A stretch of DNA of 64,000 nucleotides from Myxococcota bacterium (GCA_965140415.1 OZ223209.1:4064001-4128000); one strand, 5' to 3'. Shown: positions 44,267-55,347, counted from the first letter of the stretch. Made by a program: numbers and translations. The notes: generated by a model from the sequence alone, not told the origin.

Positions 44267-44607
44267 TGTTGGTTGCGCGTAATCTCCTGAATCTGGGAGA
44301 GCGGCGTGGGGGTGAAATGGATGTCGCGCTCAATGGCTTGCAGACCGGGAATGCACTGGCCATTGATGCGGGCTTCCAGGGATTCGAGTTCGGAGAGGCT
44401 GAAGTATCCGAGTTCCCCGCAGCCGGGGAGGATCTCGGCCCAGCCGAAGAATGTATCTTCACCGTCGAACTCCGTGGCGATCCACGTCCCGGCACCATAT
44501 GGATGAAAGTAGCGAACGTAGGCGATGGCCTCCATGCCCTTGCCATCCTGGGCGTACAGGGGCGGGATCGTCTTTCGGATGGACTGGGGAAGTAGTTTTT
44601 GTTTCAT
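44263..44607 (-). CDS. DUF2958-like protein (common on mobile elements)
   Basis: IPPLYAQD...YFHPYGAGTWIATEFD...FFG...ELGYFSLSELES...IERDIHF; RBS AGGAGG. Confidence 0.85.
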   Translation of the reverse strand: MKQKLLPQSIRKTIPPLYAQDGKGMEAIAYVRYFHPYGAGTWIATEFDGEDTFFGWAEILPGCGELGYFSLSELESLEARINGQCIPGLQAIERDIHFTPTPLSQIQEITRNQQ

Positions 44608-44930
44608 GGGTTACCTCCTTGTTTGGTGGAAAATGGGCGCACTTGACCTGGCCATTGAGAGTAGATGGATGGTAAGTGGCTGGAATGTAAGGAAATTCAG
44701 GCTAGAATGGTCAGCCTGCTATTTGTCTTATGTCATTTTCCATTTGGAATTTGCCAAACAATCAATTTCCGATTTTCATTGTAAAGTCAGTCAGATAGAG
44801 TATGCTAAGAGTAGGATGTAATCGATAGTTTCGCTGTAGCTTGAGCTTTTGTTTACGGGTCGTAAATAATAGCAGTCGGCGATGTTGGCCAGGAGCGTTT
44901 AGCACCGCTCCGCAAAGGACAGGTGCGCAA

Positions 44931-47705
44931 ATGGCCAGAAAGAATAAGACGGTTCGGAAAAGCGTAAAGACGAAAAAGTCGAAAGACGCTTCCACAGCCA
45001 ATACGAAGACAGAACGATCTTCCAAAACAGCACTCCTTAAAGCCCCTAAAGACAAACCTGAAAGCTCACGCAGGAACACCTCCAAAACTTCCCGTTCAAA
45101 AGCGTCCGCCCTTCGCACCAAAGAAAACAATAACACCCACGGCGATTCCCACTCCTTCCCTATCGTCGGCATTGGCGCATCGGCCGGAGGATTGGAGGCC
45201 CTGGAGCAGTTTTTGGGCGGCGTGCCGAAAGATTGTGGGATGGCCTTCGTCATCGTGCAGCATCTGGATCCCGACCACAAGGGCATCATGCCCGAACTTT
45301 TGCAGCGCATCACGAAAATGAAGGTGCGCCAAGTCAAGGACCGCATGCCGGTGGAGCCGGATTGTGTGTACGTCATCCCGCCAAACAAGGATCTGTCCAT
45401 TCTGCACAGTACTCTATATTTGCTGGAGCCTACGGCCCGGCGCGGCCTGCGACTGCCGATCGATTTCTTTCTGCGCTCGCTGGCGGACGACCAGCATGGC
45501 AACAGCATCGGGGTGATCCTTTCCGGCATGGGCTCGGACGGCACCCTTGGTTTGCGGGCCATCAAGGAAAAGGCCGGACTGGCGCTTGCGCAGGAGCCGG
45601 GATCGGCCAAGTTCGACGGCATGCCGCACAGCGCGATCGAAGCCGGACTGGCCGATATTGTTGCTCCGGCCAACGAACTGCCGGGCAAGATCGTTGCCTA
45701 TCTGAAACACGCGCCATTGGTGAAAACCGGAGCGGCGACGGTCGTGGACGACAAGACCCGGAGCTCGCTGGACAAGGTCGTGATCCTGCTGCGGTCGCGG
45801 ACAGGCAACGATTTCTCGCTCTACAAGAAAAGTACGCTGTATCGCCGCATCGAGCGGCGCATGAGCATCCACCAGATCGGCAAAATCAACTTGTACGTCC
45901 GCTATCTCCGAGAAAACCCGAATGAACTGGATCTGCTGTTCAAGGAACTGCTGATCGGCGTGACGAATTTCTTCCGCGATGCGGATGTCTGGGAGAAGCT
46001 GAGAACGGAGATCATTCCGGCGCTCTTGAAAAACCGGCGCGCCGGACAGGCGCTTCGGGCCTGGGCGCCCGGCTGCTCGACGGGAGAGGAAGCCTACTCG
46101 CTGGCCATTGTGTTCAAGGAGGCGCTGGAAACACTCAAGGTTAAAAACGGCTTTTCCTTGCAGGTTTTCGCTACCGACCTGGACCCGGACGCCATCGACA
46201 GGGCCCGGGCGGGCGTTTTTCCCGTTAACATCACTGCCGACGTCTCGCCGGAACGGTTGGACCGCTTTTTCACGAAAGAAGAAGGTCGGTATCGGGTAAG
46301 CAAAGAGATCCGCGAAATGGTGATCTTCGCCCCGCAGAACGTGATCATGGACCCACCCTTCACCAAACTGGATATCCTCACCTGCCGCAACCTGCTGATC
46401 TATCTGAGCGCGGAGCTTCAGAAAAAGCTGTTGCCGCTGTTTCACTACAGCCTGAATCCCGGCGGCGTGCTGTTGCTTGGAAGTGCGGAGACCATCGGAA
46501 ACTTCACGGATCAGTTTGCGCCGCTGGATAGCCGGCTGAAGTTGTACCAGAGACGTGAAAGCGCACTGTCCGTCACGCCCATTGAATTCCCATCCATCTT
46601 TGCCGCTAAGCCGAAAACCGCAACGGAGAACGTCGCCATGAAGAAAACACCCTCCAATCTGGAGTCCCTGGCCGAACAGCTCATCCTGCAACGCTATTCT
46701 CCGGCCGCCGTGCTGGCGAACGCTCAGGGCGACATTCTGTACATCAGCACCCGGACGGGAAAATACCTGGAACCGGCCGTAGGCAAGGCCAACCTGAACA
46801 TCTTCGCCATGGCGCGTGAAGGTCTGCACCACGAGTTGTCCGGAGCCTTTGCCAAAGCACTCCGGCAAAAAGCAGAGGTCACGATCAGAAACCTGAAAGT
46901 GGGAACGAACGGCGGAACGCAGGCGGTGGATCTGACCATCCAGCCGCTTTCGTCGCCGGAGGCGTTGAACGGGATGGTATTGATTATTTTCTCTGACGTC
47001 GCATCGCTTCCGCAGCAGAAAAAGTCAGGGCACGCCAAATCTAAGCCGGTCGATGCCTCGCGGGTTGCGGAACTGGAGGAGGAGACGCAACGGCTGCGCG
47101 AGGAGTTGCACAGCACGCGCGAGGAGATGCAGAGCTCGCACGAAGAATTGAAATCGGCCAACGAGGAGCTGCAATCGACGAATGAGGAATTGCAGTCCAC
47201 CAACGAAGAATTGACCACCTCCAAAGAAGAGATGCAGTCGCTCAATGAAGAGTTGCAGACGGTCAACGCCGAATTGCAATCGAAGCTGGACGACCTTTCG
47301 CGGTCCAACAACGACATGACCAACCTGCTCAACAGCACGGAAATCGCCACGGTCTTTTTGGATGGCAAACTGAATGTACGGCGCTTCACCGAACCGGCGA
47401 CCAAAATCATCAAGCTGATTCCGGGCGATGTGGGGCGTCCGTTGAGCGATCTTGTCACTGACCTGAACTACACGGATTTGTCGGACGATGCTCACGAGGT
47501 GTTACGGACCCTTGTGTTTTCGGAAAAACAAGTCGCCACCAGCGACGGGCGCTGGTTTACGGTGCGCATCATGCCGTACCGCACGACGGAAAACGTCATC
47601 GACGGGCTGGTCATCACTTTCCTTGATATCAGCGCGGCGAAAGAACTTGAGACCAGACTGCGGCTGAAATCCTCACCAGGAACGGCGAAAGGGTCCAACG
47701 AATGA
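44931..47705 (+). CDS. CheB/CheR fusion protein with coiled coil and PAS domain
   Basis: VGIGASAGGLEA, VQHL, LSGMGSDG (CheB); IGVTNFFRD, GCSTGEEAYS, CRNLLIY (CheR); NEELQS repeats; C-terminal PAS. Confidence 0.95.
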   Translation: MARKNKTVRKSVKTKKSKDASTANTKTERSSKTALLKAPKDKPESSRRNTSKTSRSKASALRTKENNNTHGDSHSFPIVGIGASAGGLEALEQFLGGVPKDCGMAFVIVQHLDPDHKGIMPELLQRITKMKVRQVKDRMPVEPDCVYVIPPNKDLSILHSTLYLLEPTARRGLRLPIDFFLRSLADDQHGNSIGVILSGMGSDGTLGLRAIKEKAGLALAQEPGSAKFDGMPHSAIEAGLADIVAPANELPGKIVAYLKHAPLVKTGAATVVDDKTRSSLDKVVILLRSRTGNDFSLYKKSTLYRRIERRMSIHQIGKINLYVRYLRENPNELDLLFKELLIGVTNFFRDADVWEKLRTEIIPALLKNRRAGQALRAWAPGCSTGEEAYSLAIVFKEALETLKVKNGFSLQVFATDLDPDAIDRARAGVFPVNITADVSPERLDRFFTKEEGRYRVSKEIREMVIFAPQNVIMDPPFTKLDILTCRNLLIYLSAELQKKLLPLFHYSLNPGGVLLLGSAETIGNFTDQFAPLDSRLKLYQRRESALSVTPIEFPSIFAAKPKTATENVAMKKTPSNLESLAEQLILQRYSPAAVLANAQGDILYISTRTGKYLEPAVGKANLNIFAMAREGLHHELSGAFAKALRQKAEVTIRNLKVGTNGGTQAVDLTIQPLSSPEALNGMVLIIFSDVASLPQQKKSGHAKSKPVDASRVAELEEETQRLREELHSTREEMQSSHEELKSANEELQSTNEELQSTNEELTTSKEEMQSLNEELQTVNAELQSKLDDLSRSNNDMTNLLNSTEIATVFLDGKLNVRRFTEPATKIIKLIPGDVGRPLSDLVTDLNYTDLSDDAHEVLRTLVFSEKQVATSDGRWFTVRIMPYRTTENVIDGLVITFLDISAAKELETRLRLKSSPGTAKGSNE

Positions 47706-50700
47706 GCGACAAGAAAAAAGCTCCATCGGACCCTGCCGAACTTCGCCGCCGGGCGGTAGAGAAACTAAGCGAAAAGACAAGCGCCTCGACCCCATCGGAA
47801 GAAGCGGATGTCCGTAAGCTCCTCCATGAATTGCAGGTCCATCAGATCGAACTGGAGATGCAGAACGAGGAGCTTCATACGGCTCAACTTGAACTGGAAA
47901 CGTCCCGCGACCGCTATGCCGATCTCTACGATTTTGCGCCGGTGGGTTATTGCACGATCAATGCAGAGGGAATCATCCTGGAAGCCAATCTTACCGCCGC
48001 GACCATGCTGGGTGTGGTACGAAGCCAATTGGTCGGAAAACCGATCACTCGTTTCATCTTCAAGGACGAACAGGACATCTATTACCTTCACCGGAAAGAT
48101 CTGTTGGAAACCGGTGAACCGCATTCGAGCGAACTGCGGATGATAAAAAGCGATGGATCTGAATTCTGGGTAAACTTATCGGCCAGCGCTGAGCAGGACC
48201 CTGATGGCGTTGCCGGATGCCGCGTTGTAATGAGCGACATCACCAAACGCAAGCAGGCGGAAGAATTATTTCAAGTGCAATCGAAATTTCTGGAAACGCT
48301 GCTGGATAGCATACCCAGCCCGGTTTTTTATAAGGACATTGACGGGCGTTACCTCGGCTGCAACCGATCCTTTGAAGCCATTGTTGGAAGAAAACGGCAG
48401 GAAATCGTTGGTAAGACCGTGTACGAGGCCTGGCCGGATCGTTATGCCGATACTTACAGAGAAAAAGATCTGGAGTTGATAGAAAACCCGGGAAAGCAAC
48501 AGTACGAATCTCAGCTTCTCTCCGCCAACGGCGAGGAACGGGACACCATATTTTACAAATCCACTTTCGCCAATCTGGACGGTTCAGTGGGCGGGATCGT
48601 CGGGGTAATGCTGGATATCACCGAACGAAAACGGGCCGAGACGGAGGTGGCTAGGAGCGAGAAAAAATACAGGACATTGCTGGAGGCTGCATTTGACCTG
48701 ATCTATGTCATCGGTCGAGACGATACGGTTCTGTACGTCAACCCGGCTGGCTCTAAATTGCTGGGGAAACCGCCCGAAGAGATAATCAGCAAGCCGCGTG
48801 CGTCGTTTTTCCCGCCGGAGGTCGCCGCCAATCAGAAAATAGCGCTCGATCGGGTGTTCGCCAGTGGCGAGCCTTTTTACCGGGAACAGGAAAACCTTCA
48901 AAATGAGCATGTCCAGTGGCAGGAAACCCAGCTGATCCCTCTCAAAATTTCGGATGGGAGCGTGGAAAGCGTGCTTGGTATTTCACGGGACATCTCGGAG
49001 CGCAAGCAGGCTGAAGAACAATTCAGAACCATCTTCACTATGTCCCTGGACTTGATCTGCATCGCCAGCATCGAAACCAGTACATTCACCAAGATCAATC
49101 CTGCGTTTTCTCGATTGCTCGGCTACACGGAAGCCGAATTACTTGGAAAGCCGTTCTTGGAATTTATCCACCCGGATGATGTGGAGCCGACCCAAAGAGT
49201 TGTAGAAGAGCAACTCAGGGCCGGGAAAACCGTTTTACATTTCGAAAACCGCTATCGTACCGCCGGGGGAGATTATTGCTGGCTGGATTGGAACTCGCAC
49301 CCGAATGCAGAAAATGGCGTTACCTTCGCCATTGCTCGCAATATCACCGATAAAAAACGATCAGAGGAGCTTATCAAGCAATATCGACGCGAACTTGAAC
49401 TTACACTCGAAGCCACCACCGATGGCATCTGGAAGTGGAATTTCATCAATGACGAGTTGGAATTCAGCCCCCAGTATTACACCATGCTCGGCTATGAGCA
49501 GAATGAATTCCCGGCTGATTTCGAAAACTGGAAGGCGCTGATTCATCCGGACGATCTGAATGAAACACTAAGGGGCGCAGCGGAATATCTCAAAACTAAA
49601 GCCGATGTATATGATAATGAATTTCGAATGCGGACCAAATGTGGAGATTACCGTTGGATTCTGGCTCATGCCAAAGTTGTGGAGCGGGATAAAAACGGTG
49701 AAGCTGTCCGTATGATCGGGAATCATCAGGATGTAACCGAACGCAAACAGGCAGAGGAGGAGCTTAAAGCCGCAGAAGCACGGACAAGAAGCATTTTGAG
49801 TTCTATCGCGGATACTTTTTATTCTCTTGATAAGGAATGGCGGTTTGTTGCAGTCAACCCCGCCGCTGAAAAGGCTCCATTCGGGCGGCCGGCATCGGAA
49901 CTGCTCGGAAAAGTCATCTGGGATCTATACCCCGGTTTGGTCGACACTCCCATCCACCGGCGCTACCTTGACGCCAAAAACAATTCTTCCCTGGAGCATT
50001 ATGAGGCTCAATCTCCTTTGGACGGTCACTGGTATGAAGTATTCATGCAGGGATGGTCTGGCGGGGTTGACGTCTATATGCGCGACATCACCGAAAGGCG
50101 GCAATTTGAGGAATCATTGAGTGAAAGCCAACGGAGGCTGGACTTGGCTATCCGATCAATTGGAGCCGGAGTGTGGGATTGGGATGTGCTGAATAATCGC
50201 ATGATTTGGGATGAACGCATGCTGGAACTGTATGGCCTTCAGCCGGAAGCGTTTCCCGGAGGAGTCAAGGCATGGGAAAATGGACTCCACCCCGAAGATC
50301 GTGCTCGCGCCATCGCTGAATGTGAAAGCGCCTTGCGCGGAGAAAAGCCATTCAATACGGATTTTCGCATCAAAACCCCTGCCGGGGAGATACGGCATAT
50401 TAAAGCGGATGGAGCTGTTCTGCGTGATCAAGAAGGAACGGCTGTTCGTATGATTGGACTCAACCATGACATCACCGAGCGCAGACGAGCCGAAGAAGAG
50501 CGCAGCAGACTGGAAGACCAACTCCAGCAGGCCATGAAAATGGAAGCCGTGGGCCGCCTTGCGGGTGGCGTAGCCCATGACTTCAACAACCTGCTCACCA
50601 GCATCACTGGCAACGTTCAATTATCCCTGATGGATTTGAGTCCCGACGATCCGCTGGAAGGCGCACTGACCGAGATCGCCCAGGCGGCGGATAGCGCAGC

Positions 50701-51658
50701 GTCCTTGACGCGCCAGTTGCTGGCTTTTTCAAGAAAGCAGCTCATCGAACCGAAGGTGTTGAACCTGAATGAACTGATCGTTTCGCTGGAAAAGATGCTG
50801 CGACGGCTGATCGGAGAAGACATCGAACTGAAGACAATACCCGGAAAACGGCTCGGCTCGATAAAGGCCGATCCGGGGCAGCTTGAACAGATCCTCGTCA
50901 ATCTGGCCGTCAACGCTCGCGACGCCATGCCGGATGGGGGCAAACTGATCGTGGAGACGGCCAATGCCGAACTGGACGAAGAGTATTGTCGTCTCCACCC
51001 ACATTCCCGACCGGGCGCTTACGTCATGCTGGCAGTCAGCGACACCGGGACTGGAATGAGTGATGAGGTCAAATCCCACCTCTTCGAGCCTTTCTTCACC
51101 ACCAAACCGAAGGAGCGCGGAACCGGATTGGGGTTGGCCACCATTTACGGCGCAGTCAAGCAGGCGGGCGGCAGCGTGGAAGTCTATTCCGAGGAGGGGG
51201 AGGGCACGACCTTCAAGATATATCTGCCCCTTGTGGCGCAAAAGGCGGAGCGTCTACAAGCCGCCGCTCCCGCAATCGACATGCCGGGCGGAACGGAAAC
51301 TGTGCTGATCGTCGAAGATGAAAAGAGCGTGCGAGATATGGCGATCCGTATCTTGAAACGGCTCGGCTACAACGTCCTGCAGGCTCCAGACGGTGGGCAA
51401 GCCTTTATGCTGGCCGAGAAGTACACGGACAAGATCGACCTGTTGGTTACGGACGTGATTATGCCCGGCATGAACGGCAGGCAGCTTGCCGAACGGCTTA
51501 TTCAGATCCATCCGGAAATGAAGGTGCTGTATACCTCCGGCTATACGGAAAACGCCATCGCCCATCACGGAGTCATCGACGAAGGGCTGCAATTTATCGG
51601 CAAACCCTACACGCCACAGGCCTTGGCCAAAAAACTGCGGGATGTGTTGGAACGGTAA
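47702..51658 (+). CDS. Multi-PAS hybrid sensor histidine kinase / response regulator
   Basis: LHELQVHQIELEMQNEEL, multiple PAS/PAC domains ending DIT.RK, H-box AHDFNNLL, NLAVNARDAM, FEPFFTTK, GTGLGL, receiver TDVIMP. Confidence 0.95.
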   Translation: MSDKKKAPSDPAELRRRAVEKLSEKTSASTPSEEADVRKLLHELQVHQIELEMQNEELHTAQLELETSRDRYADLYDFAPVGYCTINAEGIILEANLTAATMLGVVRSQLVGKPITRFIFKDEQDIYYLHRKDLLETGEPHSSELRMIKSDGSEFWVNLSASAEQDPDGVAGCRVVMSDITKRKQAEELFQVQSKFLETLLDSIPSPVFYKDIDGRYLGCNRSFEAIVGRKRQEIVGKTVYEAWPDRYADTYREKDLELIENPGKQQYESQLLSANGEERDTIFYKSTFANLDGSVGGIVGVMLDITERKRAETEVARSEKKYRTLLEAAFDLIYVIGRDDTVLYVNPAGSKLLGKPPEEIISKPRASFFPPEVAANQKIALDRVFASGEPFYREQENLQNEHVQWQETQLIPLKISDGSVESVLGISRDISERKQAEEQFRTIFTMSLDLICIASIETSTFTKINPAFSRLLGYTEAELLGKPFLEFIHPDDVEPTQRVVEEQLRAGKTVLHFENRYRTAGGDYCWLDWNSHPNAENGVTFAIARNITDKKRSEELIKQYRRELELTLEATTDGIWKWNFINDELEFSPQYYTMLGYEQNEFPADFENWKALIHPDDLNETLRGAAEYLKTKADVYDNEFRMRTKCGDYRWILAHAKVVERDKNGEAVRMIGNHQDVTERKQAEEELKAAEARTRSILSSIADTFYSLDKEWRFVAVNPAAEKAPFGRPASELLGKVIWDLYPGLVDTPIHRRYLDAKNNSSLEHYEAQSPLDGHWYEVFMQGWSGGVDVYMRDITERRQFEESLSESQRRLDLAIRSIGAGVWDWDVLNNRMIWDERMLELYGLQPEAFPGGVKAWENGLHPEDRARAIAECESALRGEKPFNTDFRIKTPAGEIRHIKADGAVLRDQEGTAVRMIGLNHDITERRRAEEERSRLEDQLQQAMKMEAVGRLAGGVAHDFNNLLTSITGNVQLSLMDLSPDDPLEGALTEIAQAADSAASLTRQLLAFSRKQLIEPKVLNLNELIVSLEKMLRRLIGEDIELKTIPGKRLGSIKADPGQLEQILVNLAVNARDAMPDGGKLIVETANAELDEEYCRLHPHSRPGAYVMLAVSDTGTGMSDEVKSHLFEPFFTTKPKERGTGLGLATIYGAVKQAGGSVEVYSEEGEGTTFKIYLPLVAQKAERLQAAAPAIDMPGGTETVLIVEDEKSVRDMAIRILKRLGYNVLQAPDGGQAFMLAEKYTDKIDLLVTDVIMPGMNGRQLAERLIQIHPEMKVLYTSGYTENAIAHHGVIDEGLQFIGKPYTPQALAKKLRDVLER

Positions 51659-51834
51659 GGCGAGATGGCGCGTGCCGCTTCACCGCACCCTCATTCGGGT
51701 GGCATTTCATCGAATTGAGGATTGAGTGCAAGCGTGAGAGAGTAGCGATCTAAATCGAGTATGGATCCCGATGGCGAAATAGTGCAGCGGAGTTGAAATT
51801 GATCGTATCGGCTCGTTGAAATTGGAGACAGGAA

Positions 51835-52725
51835 ATGATTGATAAGAAAGAATCGGCGACTTTGCCCGAATGGCTACCGATGGAGCTTTTCCCCTTTGAA
51901 AACCGATTCGCCGAAATCGACGGACATACGATCCATTACATTGACGAAGGTTCCGGTCCGACTCTTCTTCTGCTGCATGGCAATCCCACCTGGTCTTTTC
52001 TGTACCGTGATATCGTATTGGAACTCAGGGATCGCTTCCGTTGCATCGCTCTGGATTATCCCGGATTTGGGCTGTCCACGCCGACGGACGGATACGATTT
52101 CCTTCCCGCCAGTCATGCGCGAGTGGTGGAATCCTTCGTCAAGGAGATGAAACTGGCCGACATCAGTATCATGGTTCAAGACTGGGCCGGTCCCATCGGA
52201 CTATGGGTTGCCGGGAGGCGGCCGGAAGACATCAAAGCTCTCATTATCGGAAATACCTGGGCTTGGCCGATTGATGGCGATCCCCACTTTGAGCGGTTCT
52301 CGAAAATCATGGGAGGTCCCATCGGTGGGTTTTTCATCCGGCATTTCAATGCTTTTGTCAATTTCCTGATTCCCTCCGGAGTCAAGCGAAAGAAACTGCC
52401 GAAAGAGGTGATGAACGCCTATCGCTCCCCATTTCCCACCAAAGAATCGCGCCTGCCGACCCGCATCTTCCCGCGAGAAATTGCCGGAAGCCCTGATTTC
52501 CTGACTGAAGTTGAAGCCGGGCTTGTAAATCTGAAGGATACGCCAACCTTAATTCTGTGGGGAGACAAGGATTTCGCCTTCCGCGAACAGGAGAAAACGC
52601 GTTTTGAATCGGCGTTTCCGAAACATCACACCGTCATACTCGAAGGCGCAGGCCACTATATCCAGGAGGATGCTCCGGACGAAATATCCCGATCCATTAT
52701 GGAATGGTGGGACCGGGGCATCTAA
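51835..52725 (+). CDS. Alpha/beta hydrolase, haloalkane dehalogenase family
   Basis: LLHGNPTWSFLYR, nucleophile QDWAG, GAGHYIQED. Confidence 0.9.
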   Translation: MIDKKESATLPEWLPMELFPFENRFAEIDGHTIHYIDEGSGPTLLLLHGNPTWSFLYRDIVLELRDRFRCIALDYPGFGLSTPTDGYDFLPASHARVVESFVKEMKLADISIMVQDWAGPIGLWVAGRRPEDIKALIIGNTWAWPIDGDPHFERFSKIMGGPIGGFFIRHFNAFVNFLIPSGVKRKKLPKEVMNAYRSPFPTKESRLPTRIFPREIAGSPDFLTEVEAGLVNLKDTPTLILWGDKDFAFREQEKTRFESAFPKHHTVILEGAGHYIQEDAPDEISRSIMEWWDRGI

Positions 52726-52873
52726 TCATTCCACCAACGGCGCATAGCAGGAAAGACGCCCTTTGGTAATGGAGATGGTGCGATCCGTATCGGGCTGATA
52801 ACGGAGCTCCGGGCAGCTTTAATGGGGTCCCTGGCACCTGTTCCAGCACCTGTTAAGCAGTTAGGACGGGCGT

Positions 52874-54199
52874 TCAGGGTGCGGCTCGCCGGTTCTCCGC
52901 GATGGTTCCGGAGCAGAACCATGTCGTTCGGGGGTCGTCGGGCTGGGACCGGGCGCGTTCGAACACGAAGGCGAAACGCCCTTGATGCACGGCGAGCCTA
53001 AAGGGCCGCCCGGTCTCGGGGACCGGCGCGGAAAAAAAGGCCAGCTCGCTCCAGGTTTCGCCTGCGTCGGGTGTGACCATGGCGTACGCGCCGTCGTAAT
53101 CCCCAGTCGTCCAGACCACTGCCCCGTCGTCATCCTCTGAGGCGATGGCGGGCGAAAAGTAATAGTCTAGGGCGCCGCCCGAATCGAGGATGACCCGCTC
53201 GGTGATCGAACGACCCCCGTCCCGGCTGACCAGCACGTACAGACTCTGCACGGAGGCGTAGCCGGCCGTACCCAGCAACAGAACCTTGTCGCCAAAGCTG
53301 GCGAGGCCCGTCGCACCGGCGGAGGTCGCCGTGTCATCGCCGCCTTGGAGCTTGACGAAGCTCCCGCCATCGTCTTCGCTTCGGTAGATCCAGCCGGAGG
53401 TGATCAGGATGACGCCGTCGCGCCGGTACGCTCCGCCGGTCCAACCCAGGCCGATCATGCGGAGCGCGGGCCGTTCGCCCTCGCCGGCGTCGGCAAGATA
53501 AACCTTCGATCCGCAACCAAAAATCCCCGTGTCGTAGTCGAAGGTCAAAAAGCGCAGGTCCGGGTCGCCCGAGGCGAACAGCGCGGGCTCCCAGCCCGGG
53601 CAGATCGTCCGGCCGTCCTCGGAAACCATTCGCGCGACCTCCTGGGACCACGCCCCCTCGGTGTCGCGCAGCACCTCGAATTTATAGGTCTCACGCACCG
53701 CCAGTAGCCGCAGCGCGCCGTTTTCCTCTTCACGCAGGTCCGCCGCAGCCGCCGCGTAGACCGACGGCTCTCCCTCGTCGAACACGGGATCGTCCACGGG
53801 CGCACGATGGTGCATGAGGGCGTTGAGGTTGTCCTCACCGGTCAGCCGGAACACGTGCCACTCGCCGCCAACTCCGAAGACCGCCGGCCGGGTTCCTTCA
53901 CCCTCGCCGATTTGAAGGCATTCGGCGGTTTGTGGCGCCGGCAGGTCGACCGCGGCCGGAACGCCCTCGTTCCAGTGATCGCGCGCGGGCGCTTCGTCGT
54001 CCGTCTCGGCGGGGTCGTCGTCGCCGTCGGTGCTGTCTCCGTCCAACGACACATCTTCATTCAGATCCCCGTCCACGGGGATATCGCCATCCGTCCGGTC
54101 CCCATCGATACCGGCGGACACGCCGCCGCCATTCGAACAGGCCAGAAGAGCAACAGAAAGCAATATCGCAATGATTAGCCGATTTTTATCAATTCGCAT
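52874..54199 (-). CDS. Lipoprotein with DGD linker and BNR/Asp-box (sialidase-like) propeller
   Basis: Lipobox LLAC; DGD repeats; Asp-boxes SEDDGGSF, SRDGGRSI, TPDAGETW. Confidence 0.75.
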   Translation of the reverse strand: MRIDKNRLIIAILLSVALLACSNGGGVSAGIDGDRTDGDIPVDGDLNEDVSLDGDSTDGDDDPAETDDEAPARDHWNEGVPAAVDLPAPQTAECLQIGEGEGTRPAVFGVGGEWHVFRLTGEDNLNALMHHRAPVDDPVFDEGEPSVYAAAAADLREEENGALRLLAVRETYKFEVLRDTEGAWSQEVARMVSEDGRTICPGWEPALFASGDPDLRFLTFDYDTGIFGCGSKVYLADAGEGERPALRMIGLGWTGGAYRRDGVILITSGWIYRSEDDGGSFVKLQGGDDTATSAGATGLASFGDKVLLLGTAGYASVQSLYVLVSRDGGRSITERVILDSGGALDYYFSPAIASEDDDGAVVWTTGDYDGAYAMVTPDAGETWSELAFFSAPVPETGRPFRLAVHQGRFAFVFERARSQPDDPRTTWFCSGTIAENRRAAP

Positions 54200-54216
54200 A
54201 GAAGTCCCCCTGTCGA

Positions 54217-55347
54217 CTAGTCCACCAATGGCGCATAGCAGGAAAAGCGTCCCCTGGTCACAGAGATGTAGCGTTCATTGTCGGGCCGATAGCGAAGCTC
54301 CGGACAGGTGAAGCGACCCCAGGCACGCTCGGTTTCACGATCCCAACTCAGGTCGTAGGTGCAGTCGGCGCGGACCGGGTTTTCATAGAAGGCCTGATCG
54401 TTGGCGAGTTCGAAGGCGACAACCAGGCCGCTTTCTTCGAAAGCCCCGTTGGCTCCTTCGGCCTGAAGAGCTTCCGGGCTTTCGAAATCCCAGATGCTCA
54501 GGCTGATCACGGGCAGTTGATTCTCGGGCGAATAGAGAATGAAGCTTGGAACCAGCAAGCGCTCGACGTAGCAGATGAAATCGCCTTCCGAGATGTCGTA
54601 GTGGCCGTCGCGTTCATCGCCTGTCAGGGTGAAGGAAATGAAGGATACATCGGTATTCTGCTGGATTTCACGCACACAGCGAACGTAGTTGGATCGTTGG
54701 ATTCCATCGTAGCTGATGCGGGCGAAATCAAAGCGCAGACGATAATACAGCCAGCTCGATGTTTCGACCTTTCGGGTTGAAGACCAGGTCCAATAGCAAC
54801 TGCCGGAAAGGGGCTGGTCGATGTAGCAGCCCTCATCCGACGGACCGCCGTAAATCGGTTCACAGCCGTCACAGGCCGGATCGTAACAATCCGAGAAATC
54901 GGCGCAGCTTTCGCTGATGCGGCAGACGCTGCCCGGTTCCGTGGCCGGGCAGCCTCGCACGAGGCTGCGGAGTTCGTCGATGGTGGGCAGGCGCCAGTCG
55001 GTGTGACCATCCAGCACCAGACCCGCGCAGTAGGCGTCGGCATCCGGCCAACTCATGGGATCGGCGGGCGGCGGCTCCTGCCAGACGAGCTCCACCGCTT
55101 CGAGATCATGGTCTCCGTCGGTGCTTACCTCATCCGTGTCCGCCTCGACGGCCTCTTGTTCGGAATCGCCGTCCGTATCTCCATCCGTCCGGTCGCCATC
55201 AGGATCAGGCCAAACGATCACGTCCCCGTCGGCGTCGGTGTCTTTGTCACCGTCAACGTTAGATGGCGTAGAACCATCACCCGAACACGCGCCGATCACC
55301 ACAATCGACGAAATAAGTAGAATGTACAGGAGCATCTTTGACAGCAT
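54217..55347 (-). CDS. Lipoprotein with DGD linker and DUF1566 (Lcl C-terminal) domain
   Basis: IGAC lipobox; LVWQ...MSWPDADAYCAGL..DGHTDWRLPTIDELRSL...WSS...YVRCVR. Confidence 0.85.
   Translation of the reverse strand: MLSKMLLYILLISSIVVIGACSGDGSTPSNVDGDKDTDADGDVIVWPDPDGDRTDGDTDGDSEQEAVEADTDEVSTDGDHDLEAVELVWQEPPPADPMSWPDADAYCAGLVLDGHTDWRLPTIDELRSLVRGCPATEPGSVCRISESCADFSDCYDPACDGCEPIYGGPSDEGCYIDQPLSGSCYWTWSSTRKVETSSWLYYRLRFDFARISYDGIQRSNYVRCVREIQQNTDVSFISFTLTGDERDGHYDISEGDFICYVERLLVPSFILYSPENQLPVISLSIWDFESPEALQAEGANGAFEESGLVVAFELANDQAFYENPVRADCTYDLSWDRETERAWGRFTCPELRYRPDNERYISVTRGRFSCYAPLVD

Larger units (their letters stand above)
22189..44700. mobile_element. Putative integrative defence element B (right boundary approximate)
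   Basis: Serine recombinase at the left; defence cargo; XRE, ThiF and DUF2958 mobile-element genes at the right; followed by signalling genes. Confidence 0.55.

Noticed and set aside
45414-46868. 484-aa - strand ORF (and similar ones at 62183..63796 and 41074..42120)
   Set aside because: Shadows of well-supported genes on the opposite strand.
47140-47280. Repeated AACGAGGA/NEELQS units
   Set aside because: Ordinary coiled-coil heptads of CheB/CheR fusion proteins.
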